Assembly: GCF_024521635.1 (NCBI RefSeq)
Contig: NW_026250410.1
Coordinates: forward strand, 744,001 to 808,000
Length of the DNA: 64,000 nucleotides
From: Tricharina praecox
Lineage: Eukaryota
Direction: 5' to 3'
Shown here: in pieces, positions 52,581-63,609 of the stretch
Numbering within the stretch: the stretch's first letter is position 1
Layout of the letters: the number at the start of each line of letters is the position of its first letter
Translations under genes and position numbers: made by a program
The notes under the pieces: model-generated
Databases searched by the model: none
What the model saw: only the letters and a program-made list of their open reading frames with translations
Told to the model about the DNA's origin: nothing

Positions 52581-53592
52581 AGTGGAGTATGTAGGGGGAG
52601 TGTAGGTAGATACTAATAGATGCCGACTGTCGATGTCTCGATGTCTCAGTGTAGGCTGATGGGGAGACAGGAAGGAAGAGAGGAAGTGCTCGCTATTTAT
52701 ACCCATGAGGTATGTACATATTTTCCATATGGTTACGTGGTGAGTGGAATTTTTGGGTGTGAGTTCCTCATATGTATCGTCATGGATATGTAGTTCAATT
52801 TTTGCAGCAGTCGCTAGAGTAAAGCTCGAGTATAACCATACTGAGAGAGAGAGAGATCTTCCTTTTTATTTCGCCTGCATCCTATCTAGACTGTGGCGAA
52901 CCAACGCACTCCTTTTCCTTCCCGCCCTGGCCAGTCGAGGTGAAAGCCCCGGTACCGACCAGTCCGATGCGGCGCCCCAATTCCCCTGCCCATCCGCCTC
53001 GGGCCGACACAAGCAAAAAGTAGATTGACAGTAAAGACCGGTATGGGCCTACATGCCCGCTCCTCCTGCTGCCCCCTCGCCTCTCTCCCCCGTCTTCCGC
53101 CTTTCCGCCCCAAGAGAATAACTATCACCGCATATCCTCATCTCCTACTTCCTTGCACCGGCCGCAGACGCAGTACCCTGCTGGGTACTCTTGCTCTGCC
53201 CCCGATGCGATGCTTGCCTCCTCCTCATCCTCCTCCTCCAGGTCTGGTGGAGCTTTCCTCCCCACATCTATCGTTCCTAGAAACTCTAGGATTGCCTCGC
53301 TGCACCGCTCGTCGGTGAATAACTCTGCTATCGATGTATAACCATACTGATTAGTAACTACATGAAAACGTTTGGATGGTGTGTGATTGACTACGTTTTC
53401 ACGATTCTTGACGCCCGAAGTATAGAGGCCCGAAGTATGAACCGGTTATACGCAGAGTCTGAACTCTATTCTTCACCTCTACTCAGTACCGCATTTTAAC
53501 TTCAACCATAGACGCCCTTTACGAGGAAGAGAAAAAAACGGGGCTGCAACGTGTCTACTATTAAAGTTCCAGTGAAGCCTATTATTCAGCCC

Positions 53593-53830
53593 TATGGCTG
53601 AGTATACTGAAAACTGCCAAACACTCTATTCACCTCAAGGTTTTCTGGAAACTGAAAATTGCCAAACACTCTATTCACCTCAAAGTTTTCTGGAAACTGA
53701 AAACTGCCAAACACTCTATTCACCTCAAGGTTTTCTGGAAACTGAAACTGAACAGTATTCGGTGTCCTGGTGGGGAACTGAATTTGGCCCTGAAACTGGA
53801 ACTGAAAACTGAGGCCATCCAAACGGGCCC
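53593..53830 (-). mobile_element. PIF/Harbinger-like terminal fragment (copy A) with three tandem 45-bp subterminal units; tip abuts TTA at 53831-53833
   Basis: Ends ...ATCCAAACGGGCCC|TTA and is the reverse complement of 63462-63609. The unit ACTGAAAAYTGCCAAACACTCTATTCACCTCAARGTTTTCTGGAA occurs three times. Confidence 0.65.
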
Positions 53831-54074
53831 TTAGATGCCTACATAGACTCCCGGACCTAGAACGCCAGAACGCCAGGAGTTCCGGCCGCGGACTGTGGAC
53901 TGTGGACTGTGGACAAGCTCTGGATCCCACCGAAGTTCCACCAACCCCGAGTCCAGACCGAAGATTTTTTGATCTGGATACAACTATCCCGATTAGTCCC
54001 GACTATACCCAAATTTGGTCGGGACTGGTCTATGTAGAGTAGGTATGCGGAAAAAAATAATATATAGGTGTGTA

Positions 54075-54511
54075 TAATAATCGGGCGGGTTAGCCGTTGG
54101 CTGGTCCGCCTGTGCATACATGCGGTACTGGTGCTGGTCCGCCTGTGCATAGAGTACAGTGAGATTCGGGGGCCAGACCCGATGCGTCCGCCTCAAGAGT
54201 CAACGTTGAAATATTCTCTGTTGCTATGATACTTTTATATATGTTCGTCTGGTCGGTCGACCGTCGGTCTCTTGTTCAACACACGAGACATGTCACATCA
54301 GACATTGTCCACCGTCAGGTATTATTATCATCACCGCAGAGGTACTTTGGGGTTGTTCGGTCTGAAGAACACAGGCTGCCCTTCTTTCTTGTTGCTTTCT
54401 CAGTCTCTCCTGTTGCCCGTACCCACCGGTGGTCTCTTAGTACTGACCTGGTAATAATTGTACGGCGGGTTGGCCGTTGGCCGTTGGCTGGTCCGCCTAT
54501 GCATAGAGTAC
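54075..54511 (+). repeat. Three copies of GCTGGTCCGCCTRTGCATA (54100, 54133, 54487) with extended flanking similarity
   Basis: Read directly. Copies 1 and 3 share upstream TAATAAT...GGCGGGTTRGCCGTTG; copies 2 and 3 share downstream GAGTAC. Confidence 0.75.
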
Positions 54512-54747
54512 TACTTGGTACCACCAGTAGTAGTACTCGGGCCGTGCGGGCCTTGAGGAGGAGGAGGCAAGGATAGCTTCCATGCCGTCCCGAGAACGTA
54601 TAAGTACTCTACTCGTACTTGGGTAGAGTCACTTGTAAGTGGTCATCACACCCCGCCTGACCAAGGAATCCGCCATGATCGTAACAGCATTAAATTATAA
54701 TAACAATAATAGTAATAGTAGTAATCATCACTCGTGTTCACATACAG

Positions 54748-55485
54748 TCATGGATACTCCACTCTCCCGATAGAATACCTCGCGCCCTGCGGCGACGACG
54801 GCGACAGTGGCGGCCTACTCGATCCCGAGCCACCCAGCTGATCGCCCACACCGGCACTCCTGCCCCTACCGGTACTCGACCTTCTATCGGGTACGTGCAG
54901 CTGCACCTGCACCGGCGCCTGCACGTACCCCTCTCGTTCCCGGGGCTTGCTATCCCTCACCAATCTCTGCCGCTCCGATTCCGGCGCCCTCGCCCTCGAT
55001 GGAGTCGGCAGCGCTTCCCTCAGCGGCGCATCTCTCGGCGTCGACACCACGACCACATCCTCGCCCTCCTCATTGATCGACTGCATGCCCTTCATGACCA
55101 CGCGTAGCATCGCCTCCAGCTCTTTGACCTTCCGTTCCGCCCTCCTTCTTCGAGCGCGCTCCTCCGCCAGCTCCGCGTCATGGCCACAACACCTTCCCTC
55201 CCTTCCCTCCTTCCCCTCCCCGCTCTCCCGCACGGGGCTCTCGCTCCCCATCCTACTGCCGCCGCCGCCGCCGATCTTCGCCCCGCGCAGCTGCAGCGGG
55301 AACATAGGGAACGGCAGGCCACCCCCACCACCCCCGGTGTACCCGGTCGACTGCGACATTATCTGCGCGGTCGTTGTGATCCGTGGCGAGGAGCCGCCGG
55401 CTGAGGTGGAGGTGGGCGGGATGCCGCTTCGACTACTCCGCGGCGACTCGGTGATCGTCGCTGTGGATGGGACGGAGCTCTTCAT
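54748..55485 (-). CDS. Hypothetical 245-aa Ser/Gly/Arg-rich protein with a short central coiled coil
   Basis: Intronless ORF with good start context (GCAAACATG) and the segment AELAEERARRRRAERKVKELEAMLR. No family recognised. Confidence 0.55.
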   Translation of the reverse strand: MKSSVPSTATITESPRSSRSGIPPTSTSAGGSSPRITTTAQIMSQSTGYTGGGGGGLPFPMFPLQLRGAKIGGGGGSRMGSESPVRESGEGKEGREGRCCGHDAELAEERARRRRAERKVKELEAMLRVVMKGMQSINEEGEDVVVVSTPRDAPLREALPTPSRARAPESERQRLVRDSKPREREGYVQAPVQVQLHVPDRRSSTGRGRSAGVGDQLGGSGSSRPPLSPSSPQGARYSIGRVEYP

Positions 55486-56817
55486 GTTTGCGACGAACTC
55501 GGCGACGAACTAATGAGGCGACGCGGATCTGGGTTTTGACGTCGAGCGTGTGCAGCGCCGGGTATATATGTGGCTGGGTGCGAGCAAGATGGAGTCGGCA
55601 GGCGAGCAGGATGAAGTGCGTACTGGGCTAGCGAGACTATGTACTCGACTGGTGGCGATGCTAATGTCTGTGTCGCTGGGGAAGAGGAGGCGACAGTTGT
55701 CTGGGGTGGTTTATTTCTGTGAGCGATGGATTGAATGAGGAAGAGGGGGAGCTGGGAGCTGGTTGTTGGTTGTTGGAAGTTATGGTGGTGATGGTGGTGG
55801 GGGGAGGGTAGGAGGGTTATCTATGTAGCATAGATATTATAGTATGTAGAGGCACTGCAAGTCAGTCACACACATTCACCGAAATCTGCTGGCGGTAGTT
55901 TTAGAACAGCGTGTCCGTGTTTGGCAGATCATGGGCGACGATCTTTCCACCACTCGGGAAATCCATTATGCGCGTGCGGAGTATGTACCTTTTTTTCTTC
56001 TCACTTTCCTTTCTTCCTTTCCCGCGGACGGTTCGTGTGCAACAGCTATAAGCAGTAATCCTCGAAAAAAATCGGTTTCACTTCGGGGCGCGGGGGCTAT
56101 GGTGGTGGGTGGGGAAGCGTAAAAGGGCCGGTTTTTGGTCAGACAGTTGATGTTTTGTTCCCACCTCGCACCTCCCACACAGCTAACTGGTTGGCGGATT
56201 GTGCCGCCGGTCACCTGGAGGTGGTGGAGGTGGAGGCAGGGAGGGACGTTCTAGAACCACCCCTGCCGGCGCAGAGTAGCTACTACTTGTTAGTGTAGTA
56301 GATCATGGTCCCTGGGGAAGGAGCAACTCTGTGTGTCCTGCCCGGGCAGGCGCGCACTCGCTCACTCACTCGGTCCCGTGCGTCATGAGGCAGGGCACAG
56401 TCGCCACCACTTGCAAGCCAGCCAAGGAGGTCAAGTCAGCTCGTGCTCGTGTTCAGCAGGGCAGCAAGGAGAGTGGGTATTCAAGTCCGCAAGACCTGGC
56501 GACGGCTGATACTGTATCTACGGTAATCTGCAATGTATGTTGGTACTTGGATCACACACATGAATGCGTGCGGATGTGTATAGCACTCTAGGTGCTCAAG
56601 TGTGCCCGGTGCTCTGCGGAGATACCTACCCTACCATTTGTCCATGACTATCACGACTATCATGACAATCATGACTACTAGTAGGTAGAGCACATTGCCT
56701 ACCCACATAGGTACACGATCACATCCGGCCTGCAAGTGCTGCTCTGGTGCTGCTGCAGAAAAATGTTTGATCGCCTTCATGCCTCGCCGTTTGGGGAAGA
56801 TTATCGACGATGCTACT

Positions 56818-56865
56818 GCTGATGGGCGTGCTGATGGGCGTGCTGATGGGCGTGCTGATGGGCGT
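56818..56865. repeat. (GCTGATGGGCGT)x4 minisatellite; nearby 9-bp CATGACTAT-like x4 at 56643-56678
   Basis: Read directly. Confidence 0.9.
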
Positions 56866-59159
56866 GGGGCGGTGCGCAGGACTATCCGCGAAGCGGTGGG
56901 GACCTAACCCTGAGCCTGGGGGTTCTCCTCTCAAGCGCTCTGGAGCGGGAAAAAAACAGAAAGAAGTGCAAGCGGGGTTCTAGAATCGCGGCTGGATTCT
57001 GGAATCTGGATGGCGGTGGTGGAACGGAGGGAGAACTACTTGGAAAATGGCCTATTGGCTGGCCGCTTCCACCGTGAGGTCGGAGTCGCGAGCGGCGAAG
57101 TGAGAAGTTGGCACGGAAAAAACCACTGTATGCTCGGTTGAGTGGCCATCGCCAAACATTTTCTTCGCCATCGATGGCAGCAACGGTTGTCATGCCAATG
57201 CTTGTGCTCCACCACACCCCGCCTGCCCTGCGCCGGGTCGGTACGGGGCGAGAGATACGGTAGAGAAGTCCCTGCGTTATCGAGCGAGCGAGCGGGCGGG
57301 CGGGCGTGACTGGGTTGGTAATACCCGATGGGGACAAGGGCTGGCGATCTGCTCTAGAGTGGAGAATATCTTTTGGATACTTGGATAACTACCAGCACTT
57401 ACTCTTCAACAACGACGAAACGGTACCAACATAACCGAGACTTACAGCACACCGTGGTGGATATCGGCCGTTGTCGAGTTGGTCGCTCACGCGCGACCAA
57501 CTCGTTACTCGTCGCCACCGGCTTACGGTCATTATCCTGAATTCGAAGGAACAGCGACTCCAAGTTCGTGGACATCACCGGGCAGACGCCATAATGTGTA
57601 AAGTGCCCACCTATCTGCCCGGCAGCCCGGCTACATACGGTGGATGGCTGCTATTACTCCCGGTATCTATATGATAGGGTGGACGTCGACTGACCGTACC
57701 ATCATCTGTCTTGACTCTGGACCGATACAGCAGGTACTTCCTGGTCCCAGAAGTGGGCGGCCGCGCTAAAATGACCTGGGCAGTGCCGTGGGCCGGTGTG
57801 GCTGCTGTGGCTGGTGATTCCAATCGATGCGCTCTACACATTTCATCCAAGTATGATGCATACCCCAGTATGCATGATTTCCTGATGTGCACACTCACCC
57901 ACATCCTCACTCCTCTCAGTACACCATCGCGAGCATATCAGAATGGGTATTACCAGTGGTAAACCAGAGTCACGGACGTCGGGGGAGCTACGATCATAAC
58001 ATCTCACTCGGTGGCAACAACTCCGATAGTGTTGATATCATGCGTCTTATTGCCTATTCCGGTGTCACTGGTACTTTTCTCTGTACTTTTGGATTGTCGC
58101 ATACAGCCTTCATGGCCTTCGTGGCTTCTTAGCATTGTCCCGGGCCTGTCACCAGAATCAGCCTTTTTAGGCCCTCAGCCGTCAGCCCAGTCCGGCGACG
58201 GCTAGGTATCGTCGCATTCTCTGTCTCCGGCTCTGCCTCTTTGTCTAGTACACGAGCTCGTCTTCCTTCATAGTATAAGCCGTCTTATTTCTCGTCTTTC
58301 TCATCTTTCTCGTATCATCACATCAATCGAGTCAAGTGCTTTTCTCTCAGGTTCAACAGAGGGTGGGCTGACAGGTTTAGCGAGTGCACGATGGATCATG
58401 GCAGGACGGGAATCGCCCGGCAGGAAAAAAACATGGGCTTGGAATAGTACTAGGTATGATAGTCAGACATGGCATGTTTGCACCATCGATCCCTTCAAAC
58501 AAGCTCATCGGATACAGTAGCGCTGTCCGGGTGTGTGTCTGCTCGAGCGCGCAGGTGCAGAAGCACAGATCAAGAGTCAAGACACCTTTGACATCTGAGG
58601 CATGAATTTTTTCGTTCTCGCTTTGGCTAGAGGAATGGACGCTTACATCTGCGGTCGATTCAGCAGTCTCCGTTCAGGGCCGTGGTGATCGATGGGTTCG
58701 CTTCCTGATCGCTCATCGGAGGTCACTCGTGCACCCGCCCGCGCGCGAAACTGTGGAGACGAGAAAGTGCAAACCGATCTAGAGACACCCGGTCTCATAT
58801 CGTAATCCCGATTTAGCGCGCCGATGGTGCACGATGCTGCTGCTGCTGCTGCTGCACCAACTGTGCAGGACCACCCAGATGGTTACTTACATCTCACTTT
58901 CTGCGGGCCTTGCAGTCGTTGCAGTCGATAACTGCATCCCTCGATCGTGGGGCGATTTCATGCCGCTTGTGAATCGGATTGAACTTTGAAGGCGACGAGG
59001 TCTGGCTTGGCGTTGTATAAAGAGCGAACGCTGGACTGGTAAGGAGGGAAGGAAAGAAAGAAGAAAAAAAGGGCATTAACTATTGTGAACGCCCGAAGCT
59101 TCTTCCACTTTGTTCCTTAATCTTCACAGCGACATTGGCCAGACGAAAATTTCACGAAA

Positions 59160-60206
59160 ATGGTCTCCCGCCTCAACCCCTCCGTCGTCCTCCCGCTCGA
59201 GCTCCGGTCGGAGCTCAAATCCCACAATCACCTCACAACGCTTTGGTCCAGCTTCGGTACCATCTGTCGACTCAATCTGAAGTCGAACCCGAGATCTCTC
59301 ATCCTCAAGTTTATCGACCCACCCGTCGACACCCGCTCGGAGGGTCACCTCCGCAAGATCATCTCCTACCGTGTCGAACGATACTTTTACGAGCACCTGT
59401 CGACTCGTCTACCACCGCACGTCAAGGTCGCCAAGAACTACCCGGTCGAGCCCGCCTTTGGGGACACGTCGCTGGTGCTCGAAGACCTCAGCCGAGAGTA
59501 CCCGCTGCCTGTGGCCCGACGGACCGACCTCGATGAGGAGCAAGCAAAGGTCGTGCTCCGATGGATAGCCGGGTTCCACGCCACGTACTGGGGCAAGGTC
59601 GACGACATCCCCGATACGCCGCCGCCGCTGCAGGTGCAGGACCCGCTGGTCACCCCGGGCGTCTGGACGAACGGCGGATACTGGTACCTCGACACCCGCT
59701 CCGAGGAGTATGCGATCGTCCGAGATGATCCGTACTACGCCTTCCTCGACGATGCCGCCGTACGGACCGTGGCCGATTACCTCGCCGACCCCACTCGACC
59801 CGGACGGACACTGCTGCATGGGGATACCAAGGGTGCGAACATCATGTTCTCGAAGGACTTCAAGAAGTGTGCGCTGTACGACTTCCAGTATTGCGGCAAG
59901 GGCTTAGGCGTGGTGGACTTGGTGTACTTCCTGGCGACGAGTGTGGATGGCGAGGTGATGCAGGACGAGGAGTGTGCCGACGAATTGCTCGAGACGTACT
60001 ATCGGGAGCTCGTGGAGCAGGTGATGCGGATGGGTGGAAGCATGGGAAAGTACACGGCCGAGATCATGATGAAGGATTTGGACATGGCGATGGTGGACTG
60101 GTTCAGGTTCCAAGCTGGATGGGGATTCTGGGGAAATAGTTGGGTGTCGGAAGCGAAGGTGAAGGAGATACTCAAGGGATTGGAGGGCAAGAACACCAGC
60201 CCATGA
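59160..60206 (+). CDS. APH/choline-kinase-fold phosphotransferase (ecdysteroid-kinase-like / DUF1679-type), intronless
   Basis: Motifs ILK, SYRVERYFY, LVLEDL, AGFHATYW, Brenner motif LLHGDTKGAN, YDFQYCG.G.GVVDLVYFL. Confidence 0.8.
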   Translation: MVSRLNPSVVLPLELRSELKSHNHLTTLWSSFGTICRLNLKSNPRSLILKFIDPPVDTRSEGHLRKIISYRVERYFYEHLSTRLPPHVKVAKNYPVEPAFGDTSLVLEDLSREYPLPVARRTDLDEEQAKVVLRWIAGFHATYWGKVDDIPDTPPPLQVQDPLVTPGVWTNGGYWYLDTRSEEYAIVRDDPYYAFLDDAAVRTVADYLADPTRPGRTLLHGDTKGANIMFSKDFKKCALYDFQYCGKGLGVVDLVYFLATSVDGEVMQDEECADELLETYYRELVEQVMRMGGSMGKYTAEIMMKDLDMAMVDWFRFQAGWGFWGNSWVSEAKVKEILKGLEGKNTSP

Positions 60207-60703
60207 CGCAATAGTAAGATACCATCACTGTACTTGGCCGCGTGTTTGACTTGACCTGTGCTGAAGCGATTACTTGAGGATAACTACATAATGTACATAC
60301 CTAATTCCGATTCTTTTGTTCGTTCGTTCTAGAACCGGGATTTCCGGAGCTGTTGCCGTCACCGAAGCGCTTGATGTTTGGTTTTCTCTTTTCCTCCCGA
60401 ATCCATTATCCATATATCCTACAGGCACAAATAGGCGAACCGGGATGCCTACCTGTTCCTACGTGAGCTACTTTAACGGATGGCTCCACGAACATCCAAA
60501 CATACGAGTCCATATCCGCTGCTTTCTCTGGGCGGGTAGTTGTAACTATATCCAAGTACTCTAACTACGGACGACGGGAAGTAATTCCAACCAGCGGTTT
60601 TATGCGGTTGAATGGGTATAAGCCGTCAGTTCGCCGCCATCTCCTGTCAGTTGACCAGGTGATCTATATGCAACATGGGTGTGACACCTGCGCGGACTAA
60701 AAT

Positions 60704-60930
60704 CTGGGGTATTCCGACGGAGTGTCCGCCGTCGTCTCCGGTAGTTCCGTCGTCCATATTGCGGTTCGGAACATTTCAACAGGTACAGACCACCAACACA
60801 TCCCCTCCAATTAATATCTACCATGCTATCATACTCAGGTACGCGAACGAAGAGAAAAAAAAACACCGCACACACCGCATGCGGCAAAATAAGGTGGGGA
60901 AAGGAGCGGATAATGTAGTGGGGTATATAA
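60704..60930 (+). promoter_or_regulatory. Putative mannanase promoter: CGG-N8-CCG (60718-60731), CGGATAAT (60907-60914), SYGGRG sites (60704, 60894, 60918) and TATATAA (60924-60930)
   Basis: Motifs read directly. They match consensus sites described in Aspergillus for ClrB/ManR, XlnR and CreA respectively. Confidence 0.45.
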
Positions 60931-61057
60931 GATGCTCCATATGTACCTGTTTCGGTGTTTGTTGTTGTCGCTCTTCACCAGGCTGCGAATCGTGCAAGTC
61001 TGTCACTTCATTCCTTTGAAACATCTCCTGAAGCAACACATACACTCCTTTTTCACT

Positions 61058-62904
61058 ATGTTGGTCAACTTTTTGGCCTTCCTGGCCGTTCTGCCCGCCG
61101 TTCTGGCGCAGACGGTTACGTATCAGGCCGAGACTGGTGCCCTCAACGGAGTCACCATCGGAACTTCGCAGACCGGATTCACCGGTATGTTGCCCATGTC
61201 CCACTCCCGTGGGAACATCGGATACTGATATATATTCCCCCATAGGCACTGGCTACGTCGAGGGTTTCGACGCGGACGCGGACACTGTGACCTTTACCGT
61301 GACTAGCACGGCCCAGAAGCTATACGATCTGGTGATCTTGTACTCGTCTCCGTCCGGAGCCAAGTACACCACCGTTGTGCTCAACGGCTCCGGCGGAAGT
61401 CAGGTCGCCCTCGCTGCGGCGACGGGGTGGACGACGGCCTCCGGTGGACAGGTCCTGCTGGCGGCGGGAACCAACACCATCGCTCTGCAGAGCAACTGGG
61501 GATGGTGAGTTGCCTACCATTCTCCTGCTGGCTCATGCCAATACAAGGACTGATGGGGATATATCATAGGTACCTGATCGACGCCATCACGCTCACTCCC
61601 TCGGCCGCCCGTCCCGCGCACCAAGTCACCACCGCATTGGTCAATACCAACTCCTCGCCCGCCACCAAGGCGCTGATGAAGCTCCTGGTGGACAACTACG
61701 GCTCGTACATCCTCAGCGGTCAACAGGACCCGCCGAGTTTGGCTTGGATCGAGACGAACATCGGAGAGACCCCTGCCGTTCTGGGTCTGGACATGATCGA
61801 GTACTCGCCTTCCCGTGTCGCGAGGGGCTCCACCTCGACTGCTGTCGAGGACGCCATCGCGTTCGATGCGAGGGGAGGAGTCGTTACTTTCTGCTGGCGT
61901 GAGTGATGCCGGTCCCCACGGGTGTGTTACTATGAGCTGACGAAAATAAATACAGACTGGAACGCTCCCGTCGGCCTCTACGACGTCACCGGCAAAGAGT
62001 GGTGGCGCGGATTCTACACGGACTCAGTCGACTTCGACATCTCGACGGCGCTCGCCTCGACCACCAACGCCAACTACACGCTGCTGATCCGCGACATCGA
62101 CGCCATCGCCGTGCAGCTCAAGCGTCTTCAAGCCGCCAACGTCCCGATCCTCTGGCGCCCCCTCCACGAGGCCGAGGGAGGCTGGTTCTGGTGGGGCGCA
62201 AAGGGCGCCGAGCCGGCCAAGAAGCTCTACGGAATCGTCTACGACCGCTTGACCAACTACCACGGGCTGAACAACCTGATCTGGGTGTGGAACAGCGTGG
62301 CGTCGGACTGGTACCCGGGCGCCTCGACCGTCGACATCCTATCATACGACAGCTACCCGGCGACCGTCGGCGACCACGGGCCCGTCTCAGCGCAATACAA
62401 CGCGCTGTACGCTCTCGGCGGCGACAAGAAGCTGATCGGACTCAGCGAGAACGGCGCGATCCCCGACCCCGACCAGCTGCAGCTCTACGACTCCGACTGG
62501 AGCTGGTTCGTCACCTGGACCGGCGAGTTCCTGACCGCGGGCACACACAACACCCTCGACTTCCTCAAGAAGGTCTACGCGAGCAGCTACGTCAAGAACT
62601 TGAGCGACATCAAGGGCTGGAAGACCGGCACTGCTGCCGTCAGCAGCAGCACTACTACCCCCACCACCGTGGTCTCGTCCTCGAAGATCTCGAGCGCGGC
62701 GCCGTCGGCGTCGACTACTGCCGCCAGCGGAACTGTGCCGAAGTATGGACAGTGGTAAGTTCCCCGACTGAATGACTGAGCGTATCAGACTGGACACGGG
62801 CTAATGAGAGTAGTGGCGGAACTTCGTACACCGGACCGACAACGTGCGTGAGTGGAAGTACGTGCACCGCCGTCTCGCCGCCGTACTACTACCAGTGCTT
62901 GTAG
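61058..62904 (+). CDS. Secreted endo-beta-1,4-mannanase: signal peptide-CBM35-GH26-Ser/Thr linker-CBM1; introns 61185-61245, 61505-61569, 61899-61955 and 62755-62813
   Basis: Signal peptide MLVNFLAFLAVLPAVLA; CBM35 TYQAE..GFTGTGYVEGF..NWGWYLID; GH26 ILSGQQ, WHWNAP, WRPLHEAEGGWFWWG, NNLIWVWN, LSENG; CBM1 [33 protein letters not shown]. Confidence 0.95.
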
Positions 62905-63461
62905 GGGAGGTGACTGAATGATATCCGGTAATTTGTGATTTGATATCGGGGGAGGTGGTGGTGGAATATGTACGAGTATGATCTAGGATGGGGGATGGGA
63001 TGGGGGGAGATTTATTTGATATGATATGCGGATTCAATGGATGCTGGTGGACCTACCGAGATCTGGGCCGGTCGAGTGATCTAAGCTTCTACTGTATTCC
63101 ACGTCTCATTCTCCAAGTGATACCTAAGAAAACCGACGTACGCACTTTCCTTTGGCAGTCCAGACTCCAAACGGAGAATTATACCTACATTTGGTATGGC
63201 AGGATAGGGCCGATCCAGCGGTGGGGTTGGGATCCAGCGGTGGTGTTGGGATCCGGGGTGCCTGGTACCTGGTGCCTGCAACAGTTACATACATCTTACA
63301 TGCCTACCGTACACAGGGAACTGTAATTGTAGGGCACACTACACACTGCACAGAGCACAGAGCATGGCTTTGTTCACACGCCGTCGTTCCAGAATCCAGA
63401 CCACGGGGAGATGGGCGGGCGCTGGTGGTTGCGGCACCGACGGGCATCGACGGTAGAGTAA

Positions 63462-63609
63462 GGGCCCGTTTGGATGGCCTCAGTTTTCAGTTCCAGTTTT
63501 AGAGCGAAATTCAGTTCCCCGACGGGACACCGAATTCTGTCCAGTTTCAGTTTCCGGAGAACTGTGAGGTGAACAGAGTGTTTGGCAATTCTCAGATCAC
63601 TCAGCCATA
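63462..63609 (+). mobile_element. PIF/Harbinger-like terminal fragment (copy B); tip preceded by TAA at 63459-63461
   Basis: Begins TAA|GGGCCCGTTTGGATGGCCTCAG. The first 38 nt are identical to the reverse complement of copy A; ~88% identity over 148 bp by manual count. Confidence 0.65.

Noticed and set aside
53364..53379. CGTTTGGATGG at ~53369 and GTCCAAACAG at ~63779 as the outer TIRs completing a composite transposon
   Set aside because: Only the TIR core matches; the terminal GGGCCC and a flanking TAA/TTA are absent at both sites.
53607..53745. 45-bp repeats (here and at 48372-48505) as a CRISPR-like array
   Set aside because: Units are directly tandem with no unique spacers, no cas genes are present, and the context is eukaryotic.
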